Source of the DNA: an uncultured Thiotrichales bacterium
Lineage (GTDB): Bacteria > Pseudomonadota > Gammaproteobacteria > UWMA-0217
DNA: 64,000 nucleotides
Assembly (NCBI GenBank): GCA_964620675.1
Contig: CAZUJU010000012.1
Location: forward strand, 2,251 to 66,250
Reading direction: 5' to 3'
The first letter of the stretch is position 1; every line of letters starts with the position of its first letter. The position numbers and the translations under genes are program-made. Below, piece by piece: positions 8,899 through 18,400 of this stretch. The notes below the pieces were generated by a model that was not told where the DNA came from, searched no databases, and worked only from the letters and a program-made list of their open reading frames with translations.

Positions 8899-9699
8899 AT
8901 GTCGATCGAATGGGTCGCCGCCTACCTGTTACTAGGCGGCTTTGCGGGCTTTTTTGCCGGGCTGCTCGGGATAGGCGGCGGCGGCGTCATGGTGCCGATG
9001 CTGACCACGATTTTCGCCGCGCAGGCGTTTCCGCAGTCGCATCTGGTTCACCTCGCGCTCGGCACCTCAATGGCGGCGATCGTGATCACCGCCATTGCGA
9101 GCTTACGCGCACACCACGCCCACCGCGCCGTGTCGTGGTGGATCGTGAAACGAATTACCCCGGGCGTGTTGCTCGGTACCTTCGGCGGAACCTTTATTGC
9201 CGCCGCTGCCTCAACTGGCGCGCTGGCGATCTTTTTCGCCGCCTTCATGGGATACGTCGCGGTGCAGATGCTTCTCGATATCAAACCGAAGCCCGCGCGC
9301 GAGTTACCCGGGACACTCGGCATGAACGCGGTCGGGCTCGGTATCGGTGGCATCTCGGCCCTGGTCGCGATCGGCGGCGGGACACTGTCGGTGCCGTTCA
9401 TGACCTGGTGCAACGTCGGGTTGCGCCAGGCAATCGGTACTTCGGCGGCGATCGGGCTGCCTATCGCGCTGGCTGGCGCGTTCGGCTACGTGATCAACGG
9501 CTGGGGCGCGCGCGACTTGCCACCGTGGACGATAGGCTATGTCTATCTGCCCGCGCTGGTGCTGCTCGTAGCCACCAGCAGCCTGACCGCGCCGCTCGGC
9601 GCACGCATGGCCCACCGCCTCCCGGTTCGCACCTTGAAACGCGTGTTCGCCGGTGTGCTGGCGTTACTGTCGCTCAAAATGCTGCTGACGGTGTTGTAA
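8899..9699 (+). CDS. TauE/SafE family sulfite/anion exporter (DUF81) membrane protein
   Basis: MSIEWVAAYLLLGGFAGFFAGLLGIGGGGVMVPML... has the glycine-rich TM1 signature of the TauE/SafE family. There are 7-8 predicted TM helices, with an internal repeat (GLGIGGISALVAIGGGTLSVPFM). Confidence 0.85.
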   Translation: MSIEWVAAYLLLGGFAGFFAGLLGIGGGGVMVPMLTTIFAAQAFPQSHLVHLALGTSMAAIVITAIASLRAHHAHRAVSWWIVKRITPGVLLGTFGGTFIAAAASTGALAIFFAAFMGYVAVQMLLDIKPKPARELPGTLGMNAVGLGIGGISALVAIGGGTLSVPFMTWCNVGLRQAIGTSAAIGLPIALAGAFGYVINGWGARDLPPWTIGYVYLPALVLLVATSSLTAPLGARMAHRLPVRTLKRVFAGVLALLSLKMLLTVL

Positions 9700-9701
9700 G
9701 T

Positions 9702-10391
9702 TCAATGCGGGTCATCCACGCGTGCCAAGTACGCATCGGACCCGCTGCCGTTCGGTTTTCGGCCGTAGCGATTGATCAACATCCACACCAGGGTGATGAA
9801 TTCGGATTGATTGAGACGCGGCTCGCCAAGCACCGCCAGCAAGAACCGTCGCGCGCCGATGAACAGGGGCCAGACTGCGATCCGGCTGGAGCCGAAGGCA
9901 TCGAGCGCACCCCAGCCTTGCGTGGGTAGCTTGAGACAGTGTTTGAGGCGCGCCGCGTGGCGGAGTTGAACCGCCGCGAGGTCCGCGCTCAACGCCGACA
10001 AGGCGTCGACGGTCGCATCATCGAGCCCGATGCGCGCCAGCGGAAAGCCGTTTTCGTCGACCAGCAAGGCCTTGCCGATCGAACTCAGCCGGTGTAGCGG
10101 ATCCTGCAAATGGCGACCGAAACCCGCCTCGATGATACTGCGCGGGGCGCGAAAACCCTGCACCCACGCCAGAGTCTGGGCCTGGTGCAACAGTTGCAGC
10201 GCGTGCTGCTCATCCGCGACATGGAGCCAATGACTCAAGCGCGGCAGGTCGACTTGCGGCGTTTCGGCCTCGCCCAACAACGCCAGCAACAAGCGCCGCA
10301 ACGGTTCCGACTCGCAGCCGGTCACGGCGTAAAACGCCCCGGCGCTGGTTGGCTGCAAATAGAAGTGATCGATGAGTTTATAAGCGGACAT
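9702..10391 (-). CDS. Hypothetical protein, last gene of protoglobin/Roadblock operon (possible degenerate Roadblock-like segment)
   Basis: 229 aa with balanced composition. The segment ...KALLVDENGFPLARIGLDDATVDALSALSADLAAV is reminiscent of Roadblock/LC7 cores. It lies 6 nt downstream of the previous gene. Confidence 0.5.
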   Translation of the reverse strand: MSAYKLIDHFYLQPTSAGAFYAVTGCESEPLRRLLLALLGEAETPQVDLPRLSHWLHVADEQHALQLLHQAQTLAWVQGFRAPRSIIEAGFGRHLQDPLHRLSSIGKALLVDENGFPLARIGLDDATVDALSALSADLAAVQLRHAARLKHCLKLPTQGWGALDAFGSSRIAVWPLFIGARRFLLAVLGEPRLNQSEFITLVWMLINRYGRKPNGSGSDAYLARVDDPH

Positions 10392-10397
10392 CGCGGC

Positions 10398-11168
10398 TTA
10401 AACGAGTGCCGAAGTCCGGAGTCGAAACCTCGCACTCAGCTTGTCCCAAAGCTCGGGCAGCGCCAGCCTTCGGCCCGACAGGCGCGTGTAGGTCGCGGTA
10501 AAGGCATCCCCAAGGTCGTGACGTCGATACAGGGCGAGCAACTCCATGCTGGCGATCGGGTCACCAGGGTCGTCATCAAGCGTGCGCTCCAGCAACATCC
10601 GTGCATCGTCGATCCGGCCCTGTTCGATCCAGGCCCAGACCTGCTTGATCGCGGTACCCTGATCGGTATCGGCCGCGCCATCTCGTGCGTCGAGGGCGAC
10701 GATCGCGGTGACCCCTGCCACGCTACGCGACAGCAGCACACCCTGCATGTCTGGCGCAACTTCATCCGGCGCCACGCCACTGTCGAGTCGCCGCAGCAGC
10801 CATTCGAACTGGTCCTTGGGCAGCAAACTCAAGGTCTGCTCGAGCAGATTGACGCGCAGCGCACGGCCTTGGCGACCCAAAGCGATATTGAGATCCACCA
10901 GCGCGTGGAAACAACGCGCGGCGTCGGCTCGCGCCAAATGGAGCGAAACACGCTGAGCATGACTTAACAGGTCGCGCGGATTGCGGCAAATACGGCGCTC
11001 CAGCAGATCCGCGTGACGCACCCACGAGCCGATGTGCTCGGGATCCGGCAGCAGTTCCCGGGCCACCGGCAACAGTGCCGGTTCGACCCAAAAATTCCGC
11101 ACCGCCTCGAGCGAGCCCGCCGCGCCGGCGTCACTGCTCACGATTTCGAACACCGCATCCGCATCCAT
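10398..11168 (-). CDS. Hypothetical protein (256 aa), helical/TPR-like C-terminus
   Basis: There is no recognizable catalytic motif. The C-terminal part (...AWIEQGRIDDARMLLERTLDDDPGDPIASMELLALYRRHDLGDAF...) is TPR-like. It lies 12 nt downstream of the protoglobin gene. Confidence 0.5.
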   Translation of the reverse strand: MDADAVFEIVSSDAGAAGSLEAVRNFWVEPALLPVARELLPDPEHIGSWVRHADLLERRICRNPRDLLSHAQRVSLHLARADAARCFHALVDLNIALGRQGRALRVNLLEQTLSLLPKDQFEWLLRRLDSGVAPDEVAPDMQGVLLSRSVAGVTAIVALDARDGAADTDQGTAIKQVWAWIEQGRIDDARMLLERTLDDDPGDPIASMELLALYRRHDLGDAFTATYTRLSGRRLALPELWDKLSARFRLRTSALV

Positions 11169-11180
11169 CCGCGCTACCGA

Positions 11181-11750
11181 TTACCGCGCCGCCGACAGCA
11201 TGCTGTCGATCTCCAGGCTCACCAGGCGATACAGCAAGGTTTCGTTGAGCCCCGCGGCTTTATCGACCGCGGTGAACATATTGCGCTGGTAGCTTTCGGC
11301 GATCAGCGCCAGCACCACGGCCTGCAACGCATGGACGGCCTTGATCAGTTTCAGCGCCTCATCGGCCGGAAACGTGGCCAAGGCACGCTGGCCGAGGTAG
11401 GTCAGAATCCAGCCCCACATCCCCGCGACCATCGCGTTGTTGACGCGGCGTTTGATATGCACCAGCCCGACGTAGGTTTGCCATTCCCAATAGGGCAGAT
11501 CGAACGGGCCGGACAGGGTGCGCCGGTACCAGTCGCGCAAGGTCTGCTCGCGTTGCGGCCGCTCGTCATCGGTGAAGACCTTGCGCGTGGTCGGATGCTG
11601 GAACAGATGGTCGTAAAAGCCCTGTACCAGCCCATCCTCCCAGGTCAGCAGCACCTCTTTGTGACGAATGATCACATCGGCGTCGTCCTGGCCGAAACGC
11701 ACGGAATCCGGAATCTGATCGAGAATCTCCGCGGTTAAATTGTCGGTCAT
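11181..11750 (-). CDS. Stand-alone protoglobin / sensor-globin domain protein (189 aa)
   Basis: ...HKEVLLTWEDGLVQGFYDHLFQHPTTRKVF...LRDWYRRTLSGPFDLPYWEWQTYVGLVHIKRRV... matches the sensor-globin (Pfam Protoglobin) pattern: FYD.L...P.....F, W..L..G.YD, G..H.+.RV. The proximal His is likely in GLVHIKRRV. No output domain is present. Confidence 0.75.
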   Translation of the reverse strand: MTDNLTAEILDQIPDSVRFGQDDADVIIRHKEVLLTWEDGLVQGFYDHLFQHPTTRKVFTDDERPQREQTLRDWYRRTLSGPFDLPYWEWQTYVGLVHIKRRVNNAMVAGMWGWILTYLGQRALATFPADEALKLIKAVHALQAVVLALIAESYQRNMFTAVDKAAGLNETLLYRLVSLEIDSMLSAAR

Positions 11751-11771
11751 GCGATTTTTCCTCCGCCGGGG

Positions 11772-12140
11772 TTACATATTGAGGATGCGCGTGACTTCAG
11801 CGGCGGCCGCACTGGCCTCCAGCCGGACCAGGCCGAGATTGCCGCGCGCCGACGCGCGTACCGCGAGCACGCCACGCGGCCCCGCGAGGTAGATCAATAT
11901 CAAGCCGTCGCGTCCTTTTACCATGACTTCCTGGGTTTCACCGAGCGCGGCATTCGATGCAATGCGTCCGCCAAGACCCGAGGCGGCGGCGCTGACCGCG
12001 GCCACCCGCACGGCCTCCTCCTCGGGGAAATCGGTGGAAATCGAGAGTCCTTCATTGCTCGCGATCATCACCCCGGAGATATCGGGTACGTTTTCGCGCA
12101 ACTCGGTGTGGATCCGTTTCAATTCGTCGTTCTTGCTCAT
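11772..12140 (-). CDS. Roadblock/LC7 (MglB-like) domain protein
   Basis: 122 aa. ...ISGVMIASNEGLSISTDFPEEEAVRVAAVSAAASGLGGRIASNAALGETQEVMVKGRDGLILIYLAGPRGVLAVRA... is a typical Roadblock/LC7 alpha-beta-beta-alpha-beta core. Confidence 0.75.
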   Translation of the reverse strand: MSKNDELKRIHTELRENVPDISGVMIASNEGLSISTDFPEEEAVRVAAVSAAASGLGGRIASNAALGETQEVMVKGRDGLILIYLAGPRGVLAVRASARGNLGLVRLEASAAAAEVTRILNM

Positions 12141-12194
12141 GGCTTCATCCTGTGGGTGAGGTTTGGTGGTGGGTCGGTGGAAACGTTGTGGTGG

Positions 12195-13961
12195 TCAATC
12201 CGGGCCGTGGTGGGTGGGAACCAGCCGCTGCAAAGTCGCGCGCAAACGTTCGAAAAATCCGGTGCGCTTTGGCTGCGCGCGGTGACATGCGCCATACGGG
12301 CAATAATCGGGGGCATCGGGCGCCAGACGGGCCGCGCCGGGATTGGCGAGCTGGATCGATTGCAGCTCGCAACAGGCGTTATGGAAGCTGATCAGGGTTG
12401 CGTAGTCGACCCCGGTTTCGCGCGCGATGGTCGCGAAGTCCGCCGCTTGCGTCGTCATGAACGCCGCCAGCTGCAGATGCTGTGGGGTATGCGGAACCAC
12501 AGTGAAATCCGGGGCCTCGCGCAGTCGAATTTGCCCTTCCGGGTCGGCAAACTGGCACAGGCGACCGCGTGAGCCGTACAACGCCGCGCAATAGAACAAT
12601 TGCCAGAGCGGACGCGGTTTGACGCCCGGCAGCAGCTGCCCCGCGGTCACATCGCGGGTCTGAAATCGCCAGACCGGCACGGTATAAAGATCGGGAAACG
12701 CGTCCAATGCGGCCGGGAAAAGAAACGTCCCGGTAATCGGCAAGATCTGGAGCGGCGGATAATCCTCCGCAATCACCTCGGTGGCATGCCCCTGTGTCGT
12801 CAGCGCACGCACCAGTCCGAGCAGCCGAACCTGAGGGCGAAACAGGCGCGATGGGCGCGCGAGTTCGCGAATCGGGTGCGGTGACGACATCGGCAGCAAT
12901 CCCTGAAGCGACGGCTCCGCGTCCGGCGCATCCGCACCGATTGGCAACGACGCGTTGGAACGCGCGGTGCGGCCACCGATCGAAACCACGCTCGACACCA
13001 CGACAACCGGCGGCTCGCCGCGCGGCGCCGCCGGCACCGGGGTCGCCAACGCGACATCGATCACCGCTTCGTCATTGGCGAGCACCGCGGCTGGTGGCGC
13101 CTCCGGCGGCGACCGTTCCGGCGGCGAAAACGCCTCTGCGGCGACGCTCGCGCCGGTCGCAGCCCAGTGCGTCGACGTTCCGTCGCCCGCGCCGTCGCTT
13201 GCGGGGGAAACGCGACCCGCGACGGCGGTCAAGGGCGCAGCCGGCCAGCGCGGTTTGCCGCGACGAGGCGGCGGCGCCAACACGCGGCGCTCAGGGTTCG
13301 GACGGTAAAAGTCACTAATCAGCTGGGCGATGATTTCACCGGTGGGACTCGGATCGAGCACCCGCAGCGCCGCTGGCGATCCAACGCTCAGGCTGACGTT
13401 CTGCTCACTGGTGACGGTACTCGATGCGGCTCCGTCCCCTACACTGAACGGCTCCGTCAGCGGGGCCTGCGGCGATTCCATCGGCGCCAAGTCCCGATCT
13501 GCCGCGATCTCCGGCACCGGGACCACGGCGATCGCCGAGGTGGCCACCGGCGGCAGGGCCTCGCCCAGACGACCGGATTCGGCAAACCGTCGCGGTTGGC
13601 CTTGGCGGTATGCCAGCCGCAGCGAGCGCTCGATGGATTTCAGCGCCCCGACCAGTGCCGGGTAGGTCGCTGGTAGCGCGATCCGCGGTACCGGAAAGGC
13701 GGCGACACCGGTGTCCCGCGCCAACAGAACCACCGGCAAATCCGGGTCGGCAGTTGACGCAAGTGGCAACCAAAACGCGGCACCCGCCGTACTCTCGATA
13801 TCGATCAGCACCGCATCGGCCTCGGCCGCCGATGCGACGGTCCGCCAAGCGGACAGTTCGATCCCGCAGGCCAAATCCAGCACCGCCTGTTGCAGCGTAA
13901 GCGTCGCGGCGTCCAGCCCAATTGTCGCCAATGCGTAAGAATTCATGAATCGAGTATTCAA
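12195..13961 (-). CDS. Large protein with degenerate receiver (REC)-like N-terminus, approx. 200-aa Pro/Ala-rich linker and conserved C-terminal domain of unknown function (588 aa)
   Basis: The N-terminus (...AVLIDIESTAGAAFWLPLASTADPDLPVVLLARDTG...) resembles a CheY-like fold. The linker is Pro-rich (PPPRRGKPRWPAAPL...SPPERSPPEAPPAAV...). The C-terminal approx. 230 aa form a globular domain (..WRFQTRDVTAGQLLPGVKPRPLWQLFYCAALYG...). It is the first gene of the operon. Confidence 0.6.
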   Translation of the reverse strand: MNTRFMNSYALATIGLDAATLTLQQAVLDLACGIELSAWRTVASAAEADAVLIDIESTAGAAFWLPLASTADPDLPVVLLARDTGVAAFPVPRIALPATYPALVGALKSIERSLRLAYRQGQPRRFAESGRLGEALPPVATSAIAVVPVPEIAADRDLAPMESPQAPLTEPFSVGDGAASSTVTSEQNVSLSVGSPAALRVLDPSPTGEIIAQLISDFYRPNPERRVLAPPPRRGKPRWPAAPLTAVAGRVSPASDGAGDGTSTHWAATGASVAAEAFSPPERSPPEAPPAAVLANDEAVIDVALATPVPAAPRGEPPVVVVSSVVSIGGRTARSNASLPIGADAPDAEPSLQGLLPMSSPHPIRELARPSRLFRPQVRLLGLVRALTTQGHATEVIAEDYPPLQILPITGTFLFPAALDAFPDLYTVPVWRFQTRDVTAGQLLPGVKPRPLWQLFYCAALYGSRGRLCQFADPEGQIRLREAPDFTVVPHTPQHLQLAAFMTTQAADFATIARETGVDYATLISFHNACCELQSIQLANPGAARLAPDAPDYCPYGACHRAQPKRTGFFERLRATLQRLVPTHHGPD

Positions 13962-14457
13962 GCCAGCCGTCGGATCGGTGCAGGGCGCGGCGGATCACGG
14001 TAAGACACCGCTCCGTTCTCTGGACATTCTAGGAAATCCCCCGAGGCGGAAGTGTGAGCGAGAACGCATTTATCCCGCTGGAGGGTCTGAAATTCCCGAC
14101 GAATTTGACTTATGTCATGCGCGGCCAACTGCACAAGCATCGCGATTGCCCGGACTTTGCTCGGCGAAGTGCATCCACTCGGCGCTGCGCTGGCACTCGA
14201 CGTGAAGTACCCGATTACCACGAGGCGGCATGCCAGGTTGGGTAGGCGGCAACTCGACCACAGGGATGCGGTCGACGAGTCCCCAGGGGCGAGTTTTTGG
14301 CGTCTCCCGCTAACCCAGCCCGAGGCGGCTTTTATCCTCCGGGAAACGTCCTCGCAATGAAAGTCATCCCGATTCGCGGCTCGTGACTTACGGAAAATTG
14401 CCGCAAGTTTCGTGACCTCTGCTAGGCTTTGTGCCGTCCATCTTCAGGAACGTTTGC

Positions 14458-15438
14458 ATGCACCCGAGTCGATCGATTCCGCTCCCGTGGCAAGCTTTAT
14501 GGCTGCTGGCTTGGGCCGCCACGGTCGCAGCCGAACCGGTACCGGTGACAGTCAAACCGGTCGACGCGTTGACCTTCCTGCCCGAGACCTCGGCACCGGC
14601 CACGGTCACGAGCCTGAACCGCAGCACGCTGAGCGCGCAAATCACCGCGTCGATCGAGTCAATCGCGGTGCAGGTTGGGGACTCGGTCAAGGCAGGGCAG
14701 GTCCTGGTTCGCCTTGACTGTCGCGACCACGAACTCGCCGCGCAGAGCGCCTCGGTTCGCGCCACGCTGGCCGAAAAAGAGTCGCGGCGAGCGCAGTCGC
14801 TGAAGCAAAGCAGCAATATCGCCGAGCAGGCGGTTAATCAGGCTGAGGCGGAACTGGCGCAGGCTCGGGTGGCGCAACAACAGGCGCGATTGCAAGTTGA
14901 GCGGTGCGTGGTCAAGGCCCCATACAGCGGGGCGGTGCAAGCCCGGCTGGCGGGCGAAGGCCAGCTCGCCACGCCGGGCACGCCGTTGCTGGAACTGGTC
15001 GACACCCAGCACCTCGAAGTTTCGGCCCAAGCCCCGTCACTTCAGGCGGAGGCGCTCGCCACTGCCCGCGCCATTCATTTCGAGTCCCTGGGAAACCCGC
15101 TACCGGTCACCGTTCGCAGCGTTGCCCCATGGATCGATCCCGGCGCTCGCACGCGCGAAATCCGGCTGCGATTCACCGCCGGCACGACCGCGCCCGGCAC
15201 CGCGGGGCGTGTTGTGTGGCGCACCTCAGAGCCGCACTTGCCGTCCGACTTCTTGTCCCAACGCGCCGGTGCGATCGGAGTTCTGATCGTCGAACCCGGC
15301 GACCTCACCCGTTTCGTCCCCCTACCCGGTGCCGAACTCGGCCACCCTGCCCCGGTCGGCGAACTGCCGGCGGACGCGCGGATCATTATCGACAATCGTT
15401 TTGGTTTGCAGGACGGCGATCCGGTCAAAGTCCAGTAA
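14458..15438 (+). CDS. RND efflux membrane fusion protein (periplasmic adaptor subunit, HlyD family)
   Basis: Signal/anchor (MHPSRSIPLPWQALWLLAWAATVAA), then the lipoyl-like motifs VQVGDSVKAGQVLVRLD and CVVKAPYSGAV, with coiled-coil between them. It immediately precedes the RND pump. The ATG at 14458 is the internal Met of ORF 14431..15438. Confidence 0.85.
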   Translation: MHPSRSIPLPWQALWLLAWAATVAAEPVPVTVKPVDALTFLPETSAPATVTSLNRSTLSAQITASIESIAVQVGDSVKAGQVLVRLDCRDHELAAQSASVRATLAEKESRRAQSLKQSSNIAEQAVNQAEAELAQARVAQQQARLQVERCVVKAPYSGAVQARLAGEGQLATPGTPLLELVDTQHLEVSAQAPSLQAEALATARAIHFESLGNPLPVTVRSVAPWIDPGARTREIRLRFTAGTTAPGTAGRVVWRTSEPHLPSDFLSQRAGAIGVLIVEPGDLTRFVPLPGAELGHPAPVGELPADARIIIDNRFGLQDGDPVKVQ

Positions 15439-15490
15439 CGCCCTCGACCCACCAAGCGCCCATCGCCACCTGCCGGATGAACTCTGAACC

Positions 15491-18400
15491 ATGCTGAAAC
15501 GGCTGTTCGAAAACCACGTCCTCGCAAACCTGACCTTTGTGCTGGTGCTGTTAATCGGGGCGTTGTCGTATTGGCAATTGCCGCGCGAGCAGGATCCGAC
15601 GATCAATTTCAACTGGATCGATATCTCGACCATCGTGCCCGGCATGGCCGCCGAAGACATGGAAAAGCGCGTGACCGACGTGCTCGAAGATGCGATCCGC
15701 GGCGTTTCCGACATCAAATTCGTCTCCTCGACCAGCCGCGAGAGCATCTCCACCATCCTGGTGCGCTTCAACGACATTTCGGAGCGGGTCTTCGACAAAC
15801 GCGTGAATGACCTGCGGCGCGAAATCCAGAACAAGGAACGCGAGCTGCCGGCGGGAGCGGAGTCGCCTTTTATCTTCGAAGTCACCACCGCGAACGCATT
15901 CCCGACCGCGACGATCGTGGTCGCCGGCCCGGCCGACGATGAAAATCTGCGCAAGCAGGCCGAGCTGATCGAAAAAGACCTGGGACGGATCAAGGGTGTC
16001 GACCGGATCCTCGGCACCGCCGTGCACAACCCCGAGTTGCAGGTGAACTTCGACCCCGCGGCGCTGGAGCAACTGGGCCTGTCGCCAACGGCGCTCGCCG
16101 ACACCGTCGCGCTGTACTATCGCGATCTCTCGGCTGGCACGACCGAGGTGGGCGCGGTTAACTGGGTCGTCCGCGTCGCCGGGAGCCAACCGGACCCGAT
16201 CTATCTCGCGGACCTGCCGGTCATCGGCGCTGAGGGTGAGATTCGCCTCGGCGACGTGGCTCAGGTCATTCGCTCGCGTGCGCGGCCGCAGCAGCTGGTG
16301 CACTTCGAAGGGCAACCGGCGGTGATGCTCGCGGTCACTAAACAGGCCTCGTCGAACACCCTGAAGCTGGTCGAAAACCTGCAACGCTACGTCGATGAAC
16401 GCAACCAGTTTCGCGCCGGCACCGGGGTTCGGCTGGTGGTGGCGGATGACCAGACTGAGATCACCCGCAACGCGCTGCGGATTATGCAGACCAACGCGTT
16501 GTACGGGCTGTTGTTGGTCCTGCTGGTGACCTGGGCGTTTCTCGGTTTCCGGATGGCGGCGCTGGTATCGATCGGCATCCCGTTCATCCTCGCCGGTACC
16601 TTCTGGGTACTGGATACGCTGGGGCAGACACTGAACGTCTCGGTGCTGCTCGGGGTGGTGATCAGCCTCGGAATGCTGGTGGATGACACGGTTGTGATCG
16701 CCGAGGGCATGTTCTATCGCCTCCAGCGCGGCTGGGAAAGGATGCAGGCGGCACTCGACACCCTGCACGAAATTGCCTCGCCGGTGACCGCATCCGTGCT
16801 GACGACGATGGCGGCGTTCCTGCCGCTGATGCTGCTGCCCGGCATTCTCGGCAAGTTCATGCTGGTCATCCCGCTGGTGGTGACCATCGCGCTGGCGATC
16901 AGCCTGATCGAGGCCTTCTGGATGCTACCGATCCACGTCGTTTCGGCGCGGGTCGGATTCGACCGACCGTCGCGGATTCACCGGCTACGCACGCGCTGGC
17001 TGCATCTGCTGCGGGTGCGTTACACCCGGCTGCTGATTCGGGCGATGCGTTGGCCGCGGCTATTGCTCGGCGGGTTCTTCATGTTGTTTGCGTTCGCGCT
17101 GGCCTCCGCGGTGGCCGGCCAGGTCAATCCCGCGCTGTTCAACGACCCGGTCTTCAAACGCCTGCTGGTCAAGACCGATTTCTTCGCCAGCGATCCGCTC
17201 CGGCTCTATTACGTCAACCTGGAGATGCCGAACGGCACCCCGCTCGAAGCCACGCTCGCGAAGGCGGTTGAAATCGAGGCCGTGGTGCGGCGCCACCTCG
17301 AACCCGGCGAGTTGCGCAGCATCGTGACCTACTCCGGGCAGATGTTCACCGAAGCGGCACGCTTTCAAGGCAGCCACTACGGCCAATTGCTGGTTGCGCT
17401 GAACCCACGTCACGACGAAATGCGCGAGGTGGACGCGGTGATCGACTCGATGCGCGCGGACGTCACCGCCGTGCTCGGTCCAGCCAAAACCTGGTTTCTT
17501 CGCATCGCAGGCGGCCCGCCGACGTCCAAACCCATCAATATCAAGGTGCGCGGCAGCGAACTCGACGAGATCCGCGCCGCCACCGCCGCGCTCAAGACGC
17601 TGCTCGCGGACAGCGGCTGGGCCAGCGACGTCAGCGACGACGACAGTCCCGGCCTCAACGAAATGGTGCTGCAACTCGATAGCGACGCGGTGCGGCGCGC
17701 GGGCTTGAATCCGCAGGGAGTGCTGCGATCGATCCAGCTCTGGGTGGATGGCGAGATCATCACCGCCGTGCAACACGAGGGCGAAAAAATCGAGGTGAGG
17801 GTTCGGGCACGACCCGAGCGCCACACCGGGGTCGGCGATCTGCTCGGGCGCCGGGTACCGCTCGCCGGCGGCGGCAGCGTCCCGCTCGGCGAACTCGTGC
17901 GCGCCACCAATCAGCCCGGTCTCGGCAATGTGCGCCACTACAACTTCCGCCGCGCGATCACGGTGGAGGCCGACATCGACAAGGCGCAAACCGATACGGT
18001 CACCGCCAACCGGTTCATCCAGAAGCAATGGCAAGCACTCGGCACCCGCTTTCCGAACGTGCAACTCGACTTCTCCGGCGAACTCGACGACATCAACGAA
18101 AGCCTCGGCGCGATCGGCAAACTGATGCTGTTCGGCGTGCTGCTGATGTACGCCATCGTTGGCACCCAATTTCGCAGCTACGTCCAGCCGCTGATGATCC
18201 TGATTACGGTGCCGATGGCCTTCACCGGGGTCGTGATCGGCCTGCTCGTCACCGCCAACCCGTTGTCGCTGTTCACGCTGTACGGCGTGGTCGCGCTCAC
18301 CGGGATCGCCGTCAACGCCGCCATCGTTTTGATTCACTCCGCCAACAGCCGGCTCGGCACCGGCATGTCGGTGTTGCACGCCATCCTCTACGCCGCGCGA

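Noticed and set aside
8910-9929. 339-aa plus-strand ORF overlapping the TauE/SafE gene in another frame
   Set aside because: It is an Arg-rich frame-shifted shadow of the membrane protein gene. The TauE frame has clear TM/Gly-rich family signatures.
10110-11738. Plus-strand ORFs 10110..10967 (285 aa) and 11013..11738 (241 aa) antisense to the protoglobin operon
   Set aside because: They are Arg/Gln-rich antisense shadows. The minus-strand genes show domain signatures (protoglobin, Roadblock) and tight operon spacing.
12794-13998. ORFs on both strands within 12195..13961 (e.g. 12794..13318 +, 13405..13998 -)
   Set aside because: They are alternate-frame artifacts over the 588-aa gene. They are extremely Arg/Pro-rich with no motifs.
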